Source: Laetmonice hystrix
Lineage: Eukaryota
DNA: 64,000 nucleotides
Reading direction: 5' to 3'
Assembly (NCBI GenBank): GCA_965235115.1
Contig: OZ249445.1
Location: 18,476,001 to 18,540,000, forward strand
Positions within the stretch are counted from its first letter, which is position 1, and every line of letters starts with the position of its first letter. This document shows, piece by piece, positions 14,132 through 27,000 of the stretch. The position numbers were made by a program, and so were the translations under genes. The notes under the pieces were generated by a model. It ran no database searches. It saw only the letters and a list, made by a program, of their open reading frames with translations, and was not told the DNA's origin.

Positions 14132-15836
14132 TGGTCGAAGCACAATGTTGAGACCGAACGGCGACCACATTGACGGCTTTGAGATCCAGACTGTGACAGC
14201 ACAGACCATAACGCATCACCTTAGAGAAAGCCGGTTCGAAATAACATAAGAAACCTTTGCCCCCATCATTAACAGCGGATTCTACAAAGCCTCTCTCAGT
14301 CATTAACTTCGGCTTCCAGTCTAAGCTTTTTATTCCCTAACCAGTTTTCCTCATCATGTCATTAGAAAGAGTTAATCCTTTTAGAACGGGGTTGGTGATG
14401 TGTAAGGAATGCACGGTGCCATGGTAGTCAGGGCAAGGGGAAGCAGGTTTCCAGAAACTTGTACTCCAGAAACATTGAGATAAAAGGACTCTTGATCTTC
14501 GTAAAAATGTCAGATGCTTACAAGATATACATGTAGTTTTAGTCATAATCATCTGCTAGAATTACGCCACCTGACGTCGCCACAGAATCGCTCAGAATTT
14601 ATCAAACTGTAAAAGTACACAGACTTTTGAAATATCTGCAGAAATATCTACAGAATGAAAACTGATGCTGTACTTGGATGTGATCTGATTGAGCGTAACG
14701 ACTGGGAGCCTCCCATGGCTGAACCCTGGCTGGGGTATGTACCACATCCACCGGCTCAAATTTTGGTTGAATTTGAGATATGGTGCATGCAGAGAGACAA
14801 TTTGAGGTGGGCCCGCATGAGCTCGGAATGTTAATGAGCGGGGTTGGCCCAGGGTTGGCCCACTCCGGACATATAGGGGTCCGTACCTGCGCTCAGTATG
14901 GTCAATAAGACTAAAACTAAATTTGGTTTTAGTCTCGTTGGTATGGGCAACGAGTACAGACGAGTTGGTATGGGTAAACGTGGTGTTTCTGAGATACATT
15001 ACTATCTTAGTCTCCTACCATAATAAATCATGCGCGGAGAACTTAAGTAAGAAAGTCCATCCTTAAATCTTTTGGTACGGGATCCTATTCTTTTGTCTTG
15101 GAGCCTGTCGGGATTTATATTAAAATCTGCACCCGAGTAGAAATGTCATCAAAGGGAAAGTATCTTTTGCCTGCTGTCTGACCGAAAAATAAAATCGATG
15201 TGAGGACATTAGAAGACCAATGTAGCGTCAGAGCGTATGGTATCACGATGATGAGTTGGAAGATTTTTATTGTATCCTATTTCATGATACAAGAGAAAAA
15301 CACTTGCACGTCAATGTATATCTCCCACTGGTTGATTTCATTGCAAACTATATGTGCTCATTTTTCCATGCCTGTTGCAGTACAGTACGAGGGATTGTTG
15401 GCACAACTGTACATGATGTAAACGACTTACGATAACTAAAACATAACAGTGTACACGATGACGGAAGGAATAGGCAATATCATAAGTGTTGCTAGTGTAT
15501 TGTTGATCAAACATTGTGGTAATGTATTATGGTATTTTGTGCGGTAATATGAGCACATAGAGCGGATATTGTGTGCGGCACATCCAGGCATGAGTCAGAG
15601 GTTGGGAATACTCGTACACAGAATGGAGTCAATACGATACCCTCAGAAAAAACCGTCCTGGACTCGGGGGGTATATACCTGGTTTTTGTCATGGCATTGC
15701 CTTTGATCTTTGATCCGGGAACTTTTGTAAAAGGTTCCGTAAAGTATGCGAAAATCGTGCAGATTTCATCCGATAAGTGGGAGTTGATAACAGGATTACG
15801 TTGATAAAAACATGATTGGGAGGAGGAGTGCTCGTG

Positions 15837-16693
15837 TTGGAGACTACTCATGGCCGGGTTATCATACTACGTGAGTATTCCCCCACACAGGGGATTGGAG
15901 ACTACTCATGGCCGGGTTATCATACTACGTGAGTATTCCCCCAAACAGGGGGTTGGAGACTACTCATGGCCGGGTTATCATACTACGTGAGTATTCCCCC
16001 ACACAGGGGGGATTGGAGACTACTCATGGCCGGGTTATCATACAACGTGAGTATCCCCCCACACAGGGGATTGGAGACTACTCATGGCCGGGTTATCATA
16101 CTACGTGAGTATTCCCCCACACAGGGGGGATTGGAGACTACTCATGGCCGGGTTATCATACTACGTGAGTATTCCCCCGCACAGGGGATTGGAGACTACT
16201 CATGGCCGGGTTATCATACTATGTGAGTATTCCCCCACACAGGGGATTGGAGACTACTCATGGCCGGGTTATCATACTACGTAAGTATTCCCCCACACTG
16301 ACACAGGGGATTGGAGACTACTCATGGCCGGGTTATCATACTATGTGAGTATTCCCCCGCACAGGGGATTGGAGACTACTCATGGCCGGGTTATCATACT
16401 ATGTGAGTATTCCCCCACACAGGGGATTGGAGACTACTCATGGCCGGGTTATCATACTACGTGAGTATTCCCCCACACAGGGGATTGGAGACTACTCATT
16501 GCCGGGTTATCATACTACGTGAGTATTCCCCCACACAGGGGATTGGAGACTACTCATGGCCGGGTTATCATACTACGTGAGTATTCCCCCACACAGGGGA
16601 TTGGAGACTACTCATGGCCGGGTTATCATACTACGTGAGTATTCCCCCACACAGGGGATTGAAGACTACTCATGGCCGGGTTATCGTACTACG
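15837..16693. repeat. Minisatellite, 58-59-bp unit, about 14.5 copies
   Basis: TTGGAGACTACTCATGGCCGGGTTATCATACTACGTGAGTATTCCCCCACACAGGGGA repeated; explains the repetitive ORFs at 15908-16774. Confidence 0.97.
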
Positions 16694-19600
16694 CAAGAAC
16701 GGGTTCAACTTTTTCTTTACTACCCTTCCCTCTCCAAAGGAACTGACAGTGGAGAGAGAAAGTCATCAAATTAATCTGTTCGTTTTCTGATGGGCCTCCA
16801 CAAGCTGGGAAACACACTGACGTAAAACTTATGGAAAGTGAGGTGCTGAAGTTTTGGACAGACTGCGGCACTGGGTGTAAAATAACCTGTCCGATGGTTG
16901 CTGAAACAGAATGCCATGGGAATAAAAGTTTATTTCAGCAGGTAAAATACACCAGCATGAGCTCAATGAAGTGTAGGAGGGGCAAATCCTGCTTGAGGCG
17001 TCCATCAAGAGATTTCTCGGCTACAATCGTGTTTCTACAGCAAGAAAATATACGATGTAAGAACAGGTGGAAAATAGGGACACATGCATAATATTGGCCA
17101 GGTACAAGGGTTCTTTGATCACAATTAGACTCCACCAAGGTGTTAATGAGCGTTTCCGTGTGATCTAGTGTTAGAATGACTTACACCCACAACACACACA
17201 GACGTACAGACGAAAACCAATTAGTGGGAGCTGACTGACAGGTGTGTAAGATTGCGTGGTGGGAGCGTCACCTCTCTGAGAGTGTCCCCAGGTCAGACGG
17301 CGGGGATGAGAGGGTGGTGGGGGTGGGGGTGGCAATCAGAAGTCTTGGCCAGGAGGACATTTTGTCGGGCAGCAAAAAGGCCAACAAAGGCCGACTCGCC
17401 GCTGTGATGGCTGAGCCTAATTTGCGCCACTGTTAGCTGCAGGGGGTATGTGCAGAAGGCAGAACAGCGAAATTTTAACACATTGTAAAACAGGGCCAAA
17501 GCTGGTCAGGTATTGTAAAGATGTTTTAGGGAGGGAGGGGGCTGCACTGTAAAGATTCCAGAGTTGGGCTTATACAGTCACGCTTTTCTCTGGCAGGTGG
17601 GATGTTGTGTAAGATGGTAGATTGACCAAAAGTTAATTATTTTATAGGAGGCTCCGGGCCGTCGCCTGTAACCGGCTGCTGTACGAGACGTATGTGTTAG
17701 TTCAGATCGCCTTGCAATGCCTAAAGTTTAACCCATGACTCACAAGTGATCTTTTATGTGAAGGTTGTAAATCGTAAGATCGTAAATCAAGTAGTATAAT
17801 GTCGAAGAGGAATAGTACAACTATTACTCGATGGACCATGCTAGACTCTTGGAGTTCTACTCAGTCTGACGCAGGTGATAATTAAACTCCAGTAGAAAAG
17901 AGAAAAAAAGAAGAAAATGCACGTTAAATCTAGATCGGATCAGGTGGTGCGACGGAGTACAGTAATTCTGAGATGGCAATTAAAGATTACGACGTCCTTA
18001 TTATTAGTTCGCCTCGAGTTTTATTTATAGATTATGGCTATGATTTCCAGCCAGTTTCTTGCCACAGGCGTTCACATCTTTCAATTTTCCCGTGCCCTCT
18101 GAAATACTTCACAGCACGTTCGCCTTACGTAAAGCGACGTTTGGAGTTATATAACGGCTAGACGTGAGATTGGCGCCGATCTAGTTCGGGGGAGGAGTCT
18201 GGGGGCAGTGTTACCGTATACAGTGGATGTTGCAACCAATCGAAGCCGACCATTCCACCCCTAATAACAGCGCTGTTCACAAATAAAAATAATCCAAGGA
18301 TTCCCAGAGAATAAGCCTCTTCCAGCATTCCGATTAATGTGGTTTCATAAAATAACGTTGCTGTTTCATCAGTAAACTAATTAATCAGATCCTGTGTTAG
18401 GTTTGCCTGATAATACGACGTATGTAAATGAAGTGTTATTAGATTTCAGTTTTTCCTCAGGAAGATGCCATATTTATGTGTGGATCTGTCTTAAATAAGG
18501 AGAATAGCGAATGATGACAATGCCGTGTTTCGATGGGCCCGTGATAACATTGATCGAGAGTCTGTCTCACAAAAGCCGACAGTCAGTCAAGAGCGCCAAG
18601 TTGTCGGGGACAGGTGACATTGATTTTGTCCATTCTCAATCGCTCAATTAAGCGTGGATCGCCTGCATCAAGCTTTAAGCCCTAAACAGTTTAGAAAGAA
18701 TAAAGAAAGTCCTTCTGGTGTATATGATGACTATGTCTATGAGAATTATTATATATTCTCGAAGCTTTAAGAAAGAGTGCAGAGCGTTTAGTATTCGTTG
18801 CAAATTTGCTATTTTATTTCGTTCTGATCTCTAATCAGTTGTTTGCATTATTTATGTCTGATAGATTTACAAATTATGGTAGGGTATCTGTATAGATGTT
18901 ATCAACTACATCTGTATTTGATAGAAGTCAAATATTCCCACATGACTGGTGAACTTTGTACGGGGTTATAGACCTTTGTGTAATGATAGTCACAGCGGTA
19001 TGCTGGATAATTATGTATGCGAGTTTTTCCGAAACTTGACTTGTATATAGACTTGTATGAGGTTAAAACATCTATGTGGCAACAGTGGTCCACAAGTGAT
19101 ATAGATTTACAGATTTACATTTGTACTTTGGAGATAGAGGTTTGCGAAGGACCTTTAATTTGATAAAGCCTGGCTGGATCGACGTGTTTGTCGTAGACTG
19201 TTCATGACCATGATCCAAGAGGTCCTATTTGATAGCACTCCTGTCCGTCCTCCCATTCTACCTACTCGCTCCGTTTACAAAATATCACATTGACCTGCCC
19301 AAAACTTGTCAACTCAAAATGAAACGTGTATATTTTCCTCCTTGAACACAGGCAAGTAAATCATGAAAGGTTCGAGTAAAGAGGAACAGGATCAGAACCG
19401 AAAAATAAACTACCTTGGCATGTCCCCTGAGGCAGCGTGAAAATTACACTGCTGAGAACCCCCACAAAAACGTGAAGTCATTCATAAAGGCTGGCTGAGC
19501 CTATTATGTTACCTTGCTACCGACAGCTATAAACAACGTGAGCCAAAGCTTTGTGTGGCGTTTCCTTCTCAGTCGACGTCCTGCAGTAAAATTCCTGACG

Positions 19601-21346
19601 TAAAGACCACTGTGAGAGAATAATTATTGGATCAAAAGGAAGCATCTGATCTTGCAAAGGACATTTATCAATACTGAGGAATTTTATAATAAAAACGTGC
19701 AAGTGTTTTGCTTTTCCGTTGATTGAAACTGATACTGCTCAGTTAGAATAATGCTTAGCGACCTGGGCAGGTGTGTGCTGACTGTGACTTGGCTGTCAAC
19801 CTTACCTGGCCTGGCTGTCAGGAAGGGGCAAGCTTGACTTTGCCAGGTACTAAGGGTGTGATAGGCAGTGGGAGGGATTGGGGACGTTTGGGGAAAAGGT
19901 TGTCATTAGTCTTGATATGTGTCAGTGGGGAGTTTGGCCAGGGGGTGAGTGAGGGGCTGGGGGTTGGGGAGGGGGTAGTTGATGTAGAGGGTACGGTAGG
20001 CAATGTCAAAGGGGTACCAAACTCTGTGGCAATAGGGTAGGTCAGAGGATGATCATGAATCGCCACATGATATGTTCAAGGGGTAAGTGTCAGTGGGGAA
20101 CTTTAGAGGCAACATTGTGGGTGGACATTTTCGGCTGTCAGTGAGGACATCTTATCGGGATATCATCTGCTCAGCACTCATCAGAACTACAGATGGCTGC
20201 ATCAGATACGGCCGCCAAACCTGTCCTGTAGCCACTGTGGGGACGAACCGAAACGTAATTTATGCCGTGGACCTCAAGGTCGGTCCATTGTCACCTGGTG
20301 AAATCCTACCCCGGCAACATTAACACTGCGGGTCGGGGGCCCTAAGCGCAATTACACGCTGAGGTATTGTCTGCCGTCGTGGTTCGATTCGAGTTGAAGG
20401 GCGATATGACAGCAGGACATAGGCACTCCTCCATTGTGTCATCTACACTCAACCATGTAGTTTATCAAACACGTCAGTGAGAGAAGTGGAGAGGTTGAAG
20501 TGATACGGGCACGGGGAGTGTGGTTGACTGAGAGACAGACCACTGGACACTGGTCACTCGTCCGTCGACCACTGGACACTGGTCACTTGTCTGTGCGTCG
20601 TCTTCATTTGTTAGTGGTCTCTGCGCACCGTTAGGTAACGTCGCAAACATCAAGTGAACGCTGATTAAAATATATATTTTAAAAAACAAATATAATAAAT
20701 CAACAAAAAAAACCTTTAGAACTGGCTGGCAAAGTTTTTGTAACAGCATACTTGGTGAGAACAACGCGCAAGCGACCAGTTTCTGTGGTCCGAATGTTTT
20801 AGTATTATCTATTTTGTTGCATTCCCTTTAAGTCATCATTTCTGCTAAACAGTTTCATAACTATGCATCACATGAGAATATCCTCTTTAATAAAGATGTG
20901 TATGGCAAACTAAATCTGATGAGTATTATATTTAGAGCAGCATTCTACGGGCACCATGATGAGCCTGCGGTGAACTGAAGATATAAATAAAATAAATAAA
21001 TAGATCCGCTGAGGGCTAATTGCTTTTTCTAAGGCGCATAATGCTAGAATTACTTCTTGCGTTTCATCCACTGCTGCGATTACAACATTGCCAAATGTAA
21101 GCTGTTGATGCTCGTTTGCTCTCAGAAGTAATCATCTTTTAGATACTATAACATCCAGGAAACTTGAAGATGACATCTCCAGACGACACCACTGTATCCA
21201 GGGTTGGGCCTACCTGACGAGCCCGTAATGACAAACGGAGTCAGACTATGTCGGCTCTGTCAGCAGCCACCTGTCGGATATACCGGGAGGCGTGCTAGGA
21301 TGATACTGGCAGATTGACGGTAATGGAAAGTGTCGCCTCGTTCCGT

Positions 21347-22331
21347 TCATACATAATGCCTACAGTGGACATGGGGCCAGTCATAAATAATGCCTACAGT
21401 GGACACGGGGCCAGTCATAAATAATGCCTACAGTGGACACGGGGCCAGTCATACATAATGCCTACAGTGGACATGGGGCCAGTCGTAACTAATGCCTACA
21501 GTGGACATGGGGCCAGTCATACATAATGCCTACAGTGGACACGGGGCCAGTCATAAATAATGCCTACAGTGGACACGGGGCCAGTCATACATAATGCCTA
21601 CAGTGGACATGGGGCCAGTCATAACTAATGCCTACAGTGGACACGGGGCCAGTCATACATAATGCCTACAGTGGACATGGGGCCAGTCATAAATAATGCC
21701 TAGAGTGGACACGGGGCCAGTCACACATAATGCCTACAGTGGACATGGGGCCAGTCATAACTAATGCCTACAGTGGACATGGGGCCAGTCATACATAATG
21801 CCTACAGTGGACACGGGTCCAGTCATAAATAATGCCTACAGTGGACACGGGGCCAGTCATACATAATGCCTACAGTGGACACGGGGCCAGTCATAAATAA
21901 TGCCTACAGTGGACACGGGGCCAGTCATACATAATGCCTACAGTGGACACTGGGCCAGTCATACATAATGCCTACAGTGGACATGGGGCCAGTCATACAT
22001 AATGCCTACAGTGGACACGGGGCCAGTTATACATAATGCCTACAGTGGACACGGGGCCAGTCATACATAATGCCTACAGTGGACACGGGGCCAGTCATAC
22101 ATAATGCCTACAGTGGACATGGGGCCAGTCATACATAATGCCTACAGTGGACATGGGGCCAGTCATACATAATGCCTACAGTGGACATGGGGCCAGTCAT
22201 AAATAATGCCTACAGTGGACACGGGGCCAGTCATAAATAATGCCTACAGTGGACACGGGGCCAGTCATACATAATGCCTACAGTGGACATGGGGCCAGTC
22301 ATAAATAATGCCTACAGTGGACACGGGGCCA
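21347..22331. repeat. Minisatellite, 34-bp unit (TCATACATAATGCCTACAGTGGACA[C/T]GGGGCCAG), about 29 copies
   Basis: Read directly; period 34 from TACAGT at 21361 and 21395. Confidence 0.97.
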
Positions 22332-23273
22332 CTGAAGGAGTCGCTAAAACTATATTTATATGATGTTCGGGGCCGCCCGTCTAGCTACCCGACCACAACA
22401 TGAACAAGACGACAACATGAAGATTTAAGACCTCATCTCAAGCCAACATAATTGTGGCTTTCGTCGAAGTAAACGGTAATTTTGACATATGACCAGCCGA
22501 CATATCTCTCTGGATATTCTCAATGCAGACTTGTATAAGTAACCCCGGCTGCCATAGTAATTGGGTCGAAGTCCCAGCCTCTAGAAGTGATGGCAGTCAA
22601 CCATCAGTTGGCCTTGATGAAGACAGGACGGTATAGAAAAGACTTCCCCGGTGTTCTTGATGTTGACTAATAAAATAGGGATAGGAAAGCACTTTGCTAG
22701 CCCATTTCATTTCTCCCTAGGGTATTATCTAACGGCTTTTCATCCCGTCGTTGAGGCTGCACAATGTCATGTTTAATTCCTTTTCATCTTATACGCCTAA
22801 TTCAGAAGGTGATTGGATCAGCCTGTTTAATAGTTGTTATGGTGGCCATGGAGGTGTTAACTTTTGGCTGCTTTTCAAGATGTAACGATGATAATCTCAA
22901 TTAAATCGTTATCTTAAATTAAAGATAACGAATATTTATGAAAGTGCCACTGTACAACAACGGCAACGGGCCACACGGTCGACATGCGGCAGCGCCTACT
23001 GGCGGGGATTTTGATAACCATGGCCGAGTTCGCCGCCAAAATAATCGTGGATTTAATTATAGCTGGAGATTCTCTTACAATCTGTTACGCAAATAAAATT
23101 TTATTTTCTTTTTTCAGCCATTGGTACCTTATCCCTGCTTGATATACGATAGTTATGTTTCTGGGCGTCGTTATTGATGTTTGAAGTGCCGAAGCGCAGC
23201 GCAAGACGGAACACAGACTTTGGCAACCGACAGTAGCGCCACTGGCGGCAATTGATTACTCCATAATACCAGA

Positions 23274-23388
23274 CCCGCTAGATGGCACTGAATAGGGTGC
23301 TGCCATCTATCGTTTTAATTCTGAACTAATATTTAGTTACAAGTCAAAACGATAGATGGCAGCACCCTTTTCCGTGCCATCTAGCGGG
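23274..23388. promoter_or_regulatory. 43-bp-arm inverted repeat carrying four CTCF-like motifs, upstream of the P3H locus
   Basis: CCCGCTAGATGGCAC-TGAAT-AGGGTGCTGCCATCTATCGTTTT (23274-23316) pairs with AAAACGATAGATGGCAGCACCCT-TTTCC-GTGCCATCTAGCGGG (23346-23388). The motifs resemble the CTCF core CC(A/G)C(T/C)AG(A/G)(T/G)GGC. Function is inferred. Confidence 0.5.
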
Positions 23389-23834
23389 AATTATAGAACT
23401 AATCACGATTCACGGGAGCGGTGGGAATTTAGTTCGTTTCGGCGCTTTCAAACGTTCATAACGACAAACAAAAAAATGCTTATCACGTGTCAAGGGGGAG
23501 TTAAGAAGTCAAAGGTTGAAATAAGGATTGGATTCCCTGCAGATTCTAAGTGAATTGTCAAAGGAATCGTATCGAATCGTGTTGTTGATGTAAAATCATT
23601 TCAGCTTTCAAGGTTTCATAAAAGTGCCGCCAGTAGGCGCTGGTGTATATTGACCGTTCGGAGAATGGGTGGCAGACGACAGGAAGCAGTGTATCCAGAC
23701 CGATGACGTAATCATTGATAGGGCCATGGCCCAGTCGGTCGGTCCATCTGGCCGCCGATACCGACGCCCCAGAACATTTACATTTACAATGATAAAAAAA
23801 CGGACTTATCAAATAGGTTTTTGTTTATTACTAG

Positions 23835-24047
23835 AACAAGAAGCGGAAGAAGATGCGACAGGTGAAGGAGCACCCGAAGCCAGAGTATGGCCCTCTGGAC
23901 GAGGTATATGAGGAACGTATGGCCGAGTACCGACGACAAGGAATCAATGTATCCCTCACAGACAAGGACCTGGAGGGGGACCATCGTGTAGCTGTCGACG
24001 GATTGATAACTGAGAAACAATGTCAGCAACTCATGGACCTAGCCAAG
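23835..24047 (+). CDS. P3H: P3H domain 1, exon A1 (NKKRKKMRQ...RVAVDGLITEKQCQQLMDLAK)
   Basis: Acceptor CTAG|, donor |GTATGC; resembles P3H1 RVVMDGVISDHECQEL. Confidence 0.85.
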
Positions 24048-27000
24048 GTATGCCAATAATAACACAGGCTTCTGGTTTATAATTAACGATGCACAAATCA
24101 AATAGAAGTGCATTTAACACATGCGGAGGTGCGAACGCCGCCTTCTACTTTTGCCAGTTTTAGTTTAGACAAGGTTTCAGCATTTTGACATCACAGGCGA
24201 CAGGGATGTGCATTTCCCAATCCAAGCATTGCTATCATACCATTTTCATGTAGAAAAAAGTTTAAAAAAGAATAGACCTGCAATGTTAAGTATTTCTTCT
24301 TCTAGGTTGGGGCAAGTCAAGGGGATGGTTACATGAATTCAAAGGCCCGTTCTCCCCATACAACGCATGAGAAGTTTGAAGGGATAACTGTAGTTAAGGC
24401 AGCACAGGTGAGTTTTTATTCACATTTAAATGTCATCAAGTAGAATGTAGGCTTATTGTTTCACAATGTTGCCTGGAAGACATAAACTAATAAGTCAAAA
24501 GTTTTTCTCTGTCATGTCGAACATTTAAAATTGACATGTACCTCTATAAATGTAGCTCGCCAGGGAAGGAGTGATAACGGAGGAATTGGCTGAACTCTAT
24601 CTGAAGATTAGTAACAGGGCAAAGCTGTTCTCAGAACACTACTGGAACCTCCAGACTCCGCTCTACTTTCATTATACACACCTTGTCTGTAGAACAGCAC
24701 TTGATGGTAAGTACTGCCTTTGAACCGCCAGTTTCCAAGTAAGGCCCAAGGGACATTTTTGGTATATTTGATATATTGTTGGTAACATCCCACACATGGA
24801 CTTTGCTAATCCTAGGACATATATCATAAGTGATAAACACAAATGTATCAAGAGAAAAGTCTCTAGATTTTGTTGAATTTTCTTTTAATTAATAGATTTG
24901 TACCCCTCTTTCAAAGCTAGCTGATAAGTTAACCTCAGTAGATTATTAATATTTAAAAAATGTATCTACATTGTATATAGTGGAGAAGATTTATTTTTAT
25001 TTTTAGTGAAGTTGGTTTGTAATATGTGTCTTGTATTTTATATGGTGTCTTCCCCCCCCCCAACTGGTTTTGCTCTTGTACATTATTTTGATTCTATGAA
25101 GACAGGAGCAAAGCACACAGAAAATTGCAAAAAAAACCCAAATAGGTGAAACTCAGATCTCTTACCTATGGTCTTACTTACAGTATTACAATCTCTTCTC
25201 TTGGCCCCTGAGATAGAGCCCCCAGACTTAGCTTTGAACCTAATGAAAAGGTTTGTCATGTTGTTGAGTTTGTTAGGTGTATCATGTAGATACATGAGGT
25301 CTGAAGATGATCATAGAGTATGATCTATGCAATGTATCAGTTATGGCCATGGTCATAAATCACATACTCGCAGTTCCAACGTATGCCACTATTTCTATCT
25401 ACTCTTACATTTGCATGTTGCTTCTTATTTTGCTTCATTCAATCAAGTCCTTACAAGCACATCCATGAAGGTCCTACAAGTTTTATTTTACTATTTTGTA
25501 TGGTGTATGGGATTTAATAATAAAAGAGTGTTTTCAGGGAAAATTTGTGTAGCCTCTTCAGTCTAGATAGTTTAAAGATTGAACTCTAGATTCACTGAGA
25601 TTTCGTTGTTAACTCCCTTGTTATCTGGATTTGTCTCTCTTTGCTATCAGTACTATAGAGAAATACTTTCTTCCCACTACTTGTCTTTAGATAGGGCTTA
25701 TTTGCCGCTTGAATTTTACTGCTAGAAGTGTCCCTGCCACAACCTGTCAATAGTGAAAAAAAACACCAGAGTGTGATTATGAGACTGTCTTTATGAGTAA
25801 CATGAAACGTTAGACGGTGTTGTTTGTCTCTGCCTTTCAATATTTATTATTTTAAAGGTGCTATTCGTGAACAAAAATTCGATTTTTTTATTTTTAATTT
25901 TGTTGACGTTTATGTGATCCCACCTGTCATGGAAATAGATTCACAACAAAGGAAATCAAAATTTTTCATGGATAACGGCACAAATGGGGCTCTCACAGAA
26001 GGCCTGTGGAGACCCTGACACGCACCACCATAGGAAATGGCTCTATCTCGGTGCGCACCGAGATAAGTTTCAAATGCTGCACTCAAACTAATAGAAGGTT
26101 TATCAGGCCAATGGTATCGGTAGGAATTTTTTCTAGTACTATGTGCACAATGTATGATAGGAGAAATGCCATTCTGTGCGAGACGAATAGCACCTTTAAT
26201 AGGGAACAATTTTGGAAATTTAATATATTTGTTTCTTATGAATTGTGAAAGCGTTGCATGTTGTATTATGAATGTATTGTGTATAATTGGTTCCGGCTTC
26301 ATTCACTTGGTCTGTGTCCCAGTGTGACAGTGTGGCTTGATGATGTATACAATAAATTTTTATTACCAGGCCAGAACCTGCGAAAAGACCTCAGTCACCC
26401 AATCCATGCAGATAACTGCATCCTGAACCGTGAAAGTGGCACCTGCCTTCGCCGAGCTCCTGCCTACACCGAGCGAGACTTCAGGTAGCCTTCCATTTAT
26501 TAATGTTTCAAAGACTTGGTGTTTGAAAACCCTTGTTTTCTGACCCTGACAGAGAAGGAGGACCCAGGGAATTGCTTTGCTGACACTGAGGGCCAGGTGT
26601 TGTGTTTCGATCCTGAGACGGTGAAGATTGACACTGAGGGGGACATGTCGTGAGTTAACACAAGTCAGCATGTTCGGCACCCCCTACCCCCCCCCCCCCC
26701 CTACGTCAGCCATCACTTTCCCTTTCCCGTCATGCCTGCGCTCTCTTAGATTAACACACCACCTAGGTTGTATGTTTATGTAACTTGCAGGTCAATGATA
26801 CTGGCACATTTGACTTGTTTTCTTACAATCCTGAGTATTTGGTTCACAGTATTCAGTGATAAGATTTCCTCTCCTAAAAGTTTCTCGTCGTTCTGAGTTC
26901 TATAGAAATGCATTATCTTATTTCATAAGGCAGGTTCTAATATTCCTTATGGTCTAAGAAACAGAAATGGAGGTATTATTTGCCCTTAACAGACTTATGT

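Noticed and set aside
17400-17430. GCTGTGATGGCTGAG resembling a tRNA-Ser 5' end
   Set aside because: No B box or cloverleaf follows.
12804-22331. CRISPR-like appearance of the regular arrays
   Set aside because: Units are head-to-tail with no unique spacers, there are no cas genes, and the context is eukaryotic.
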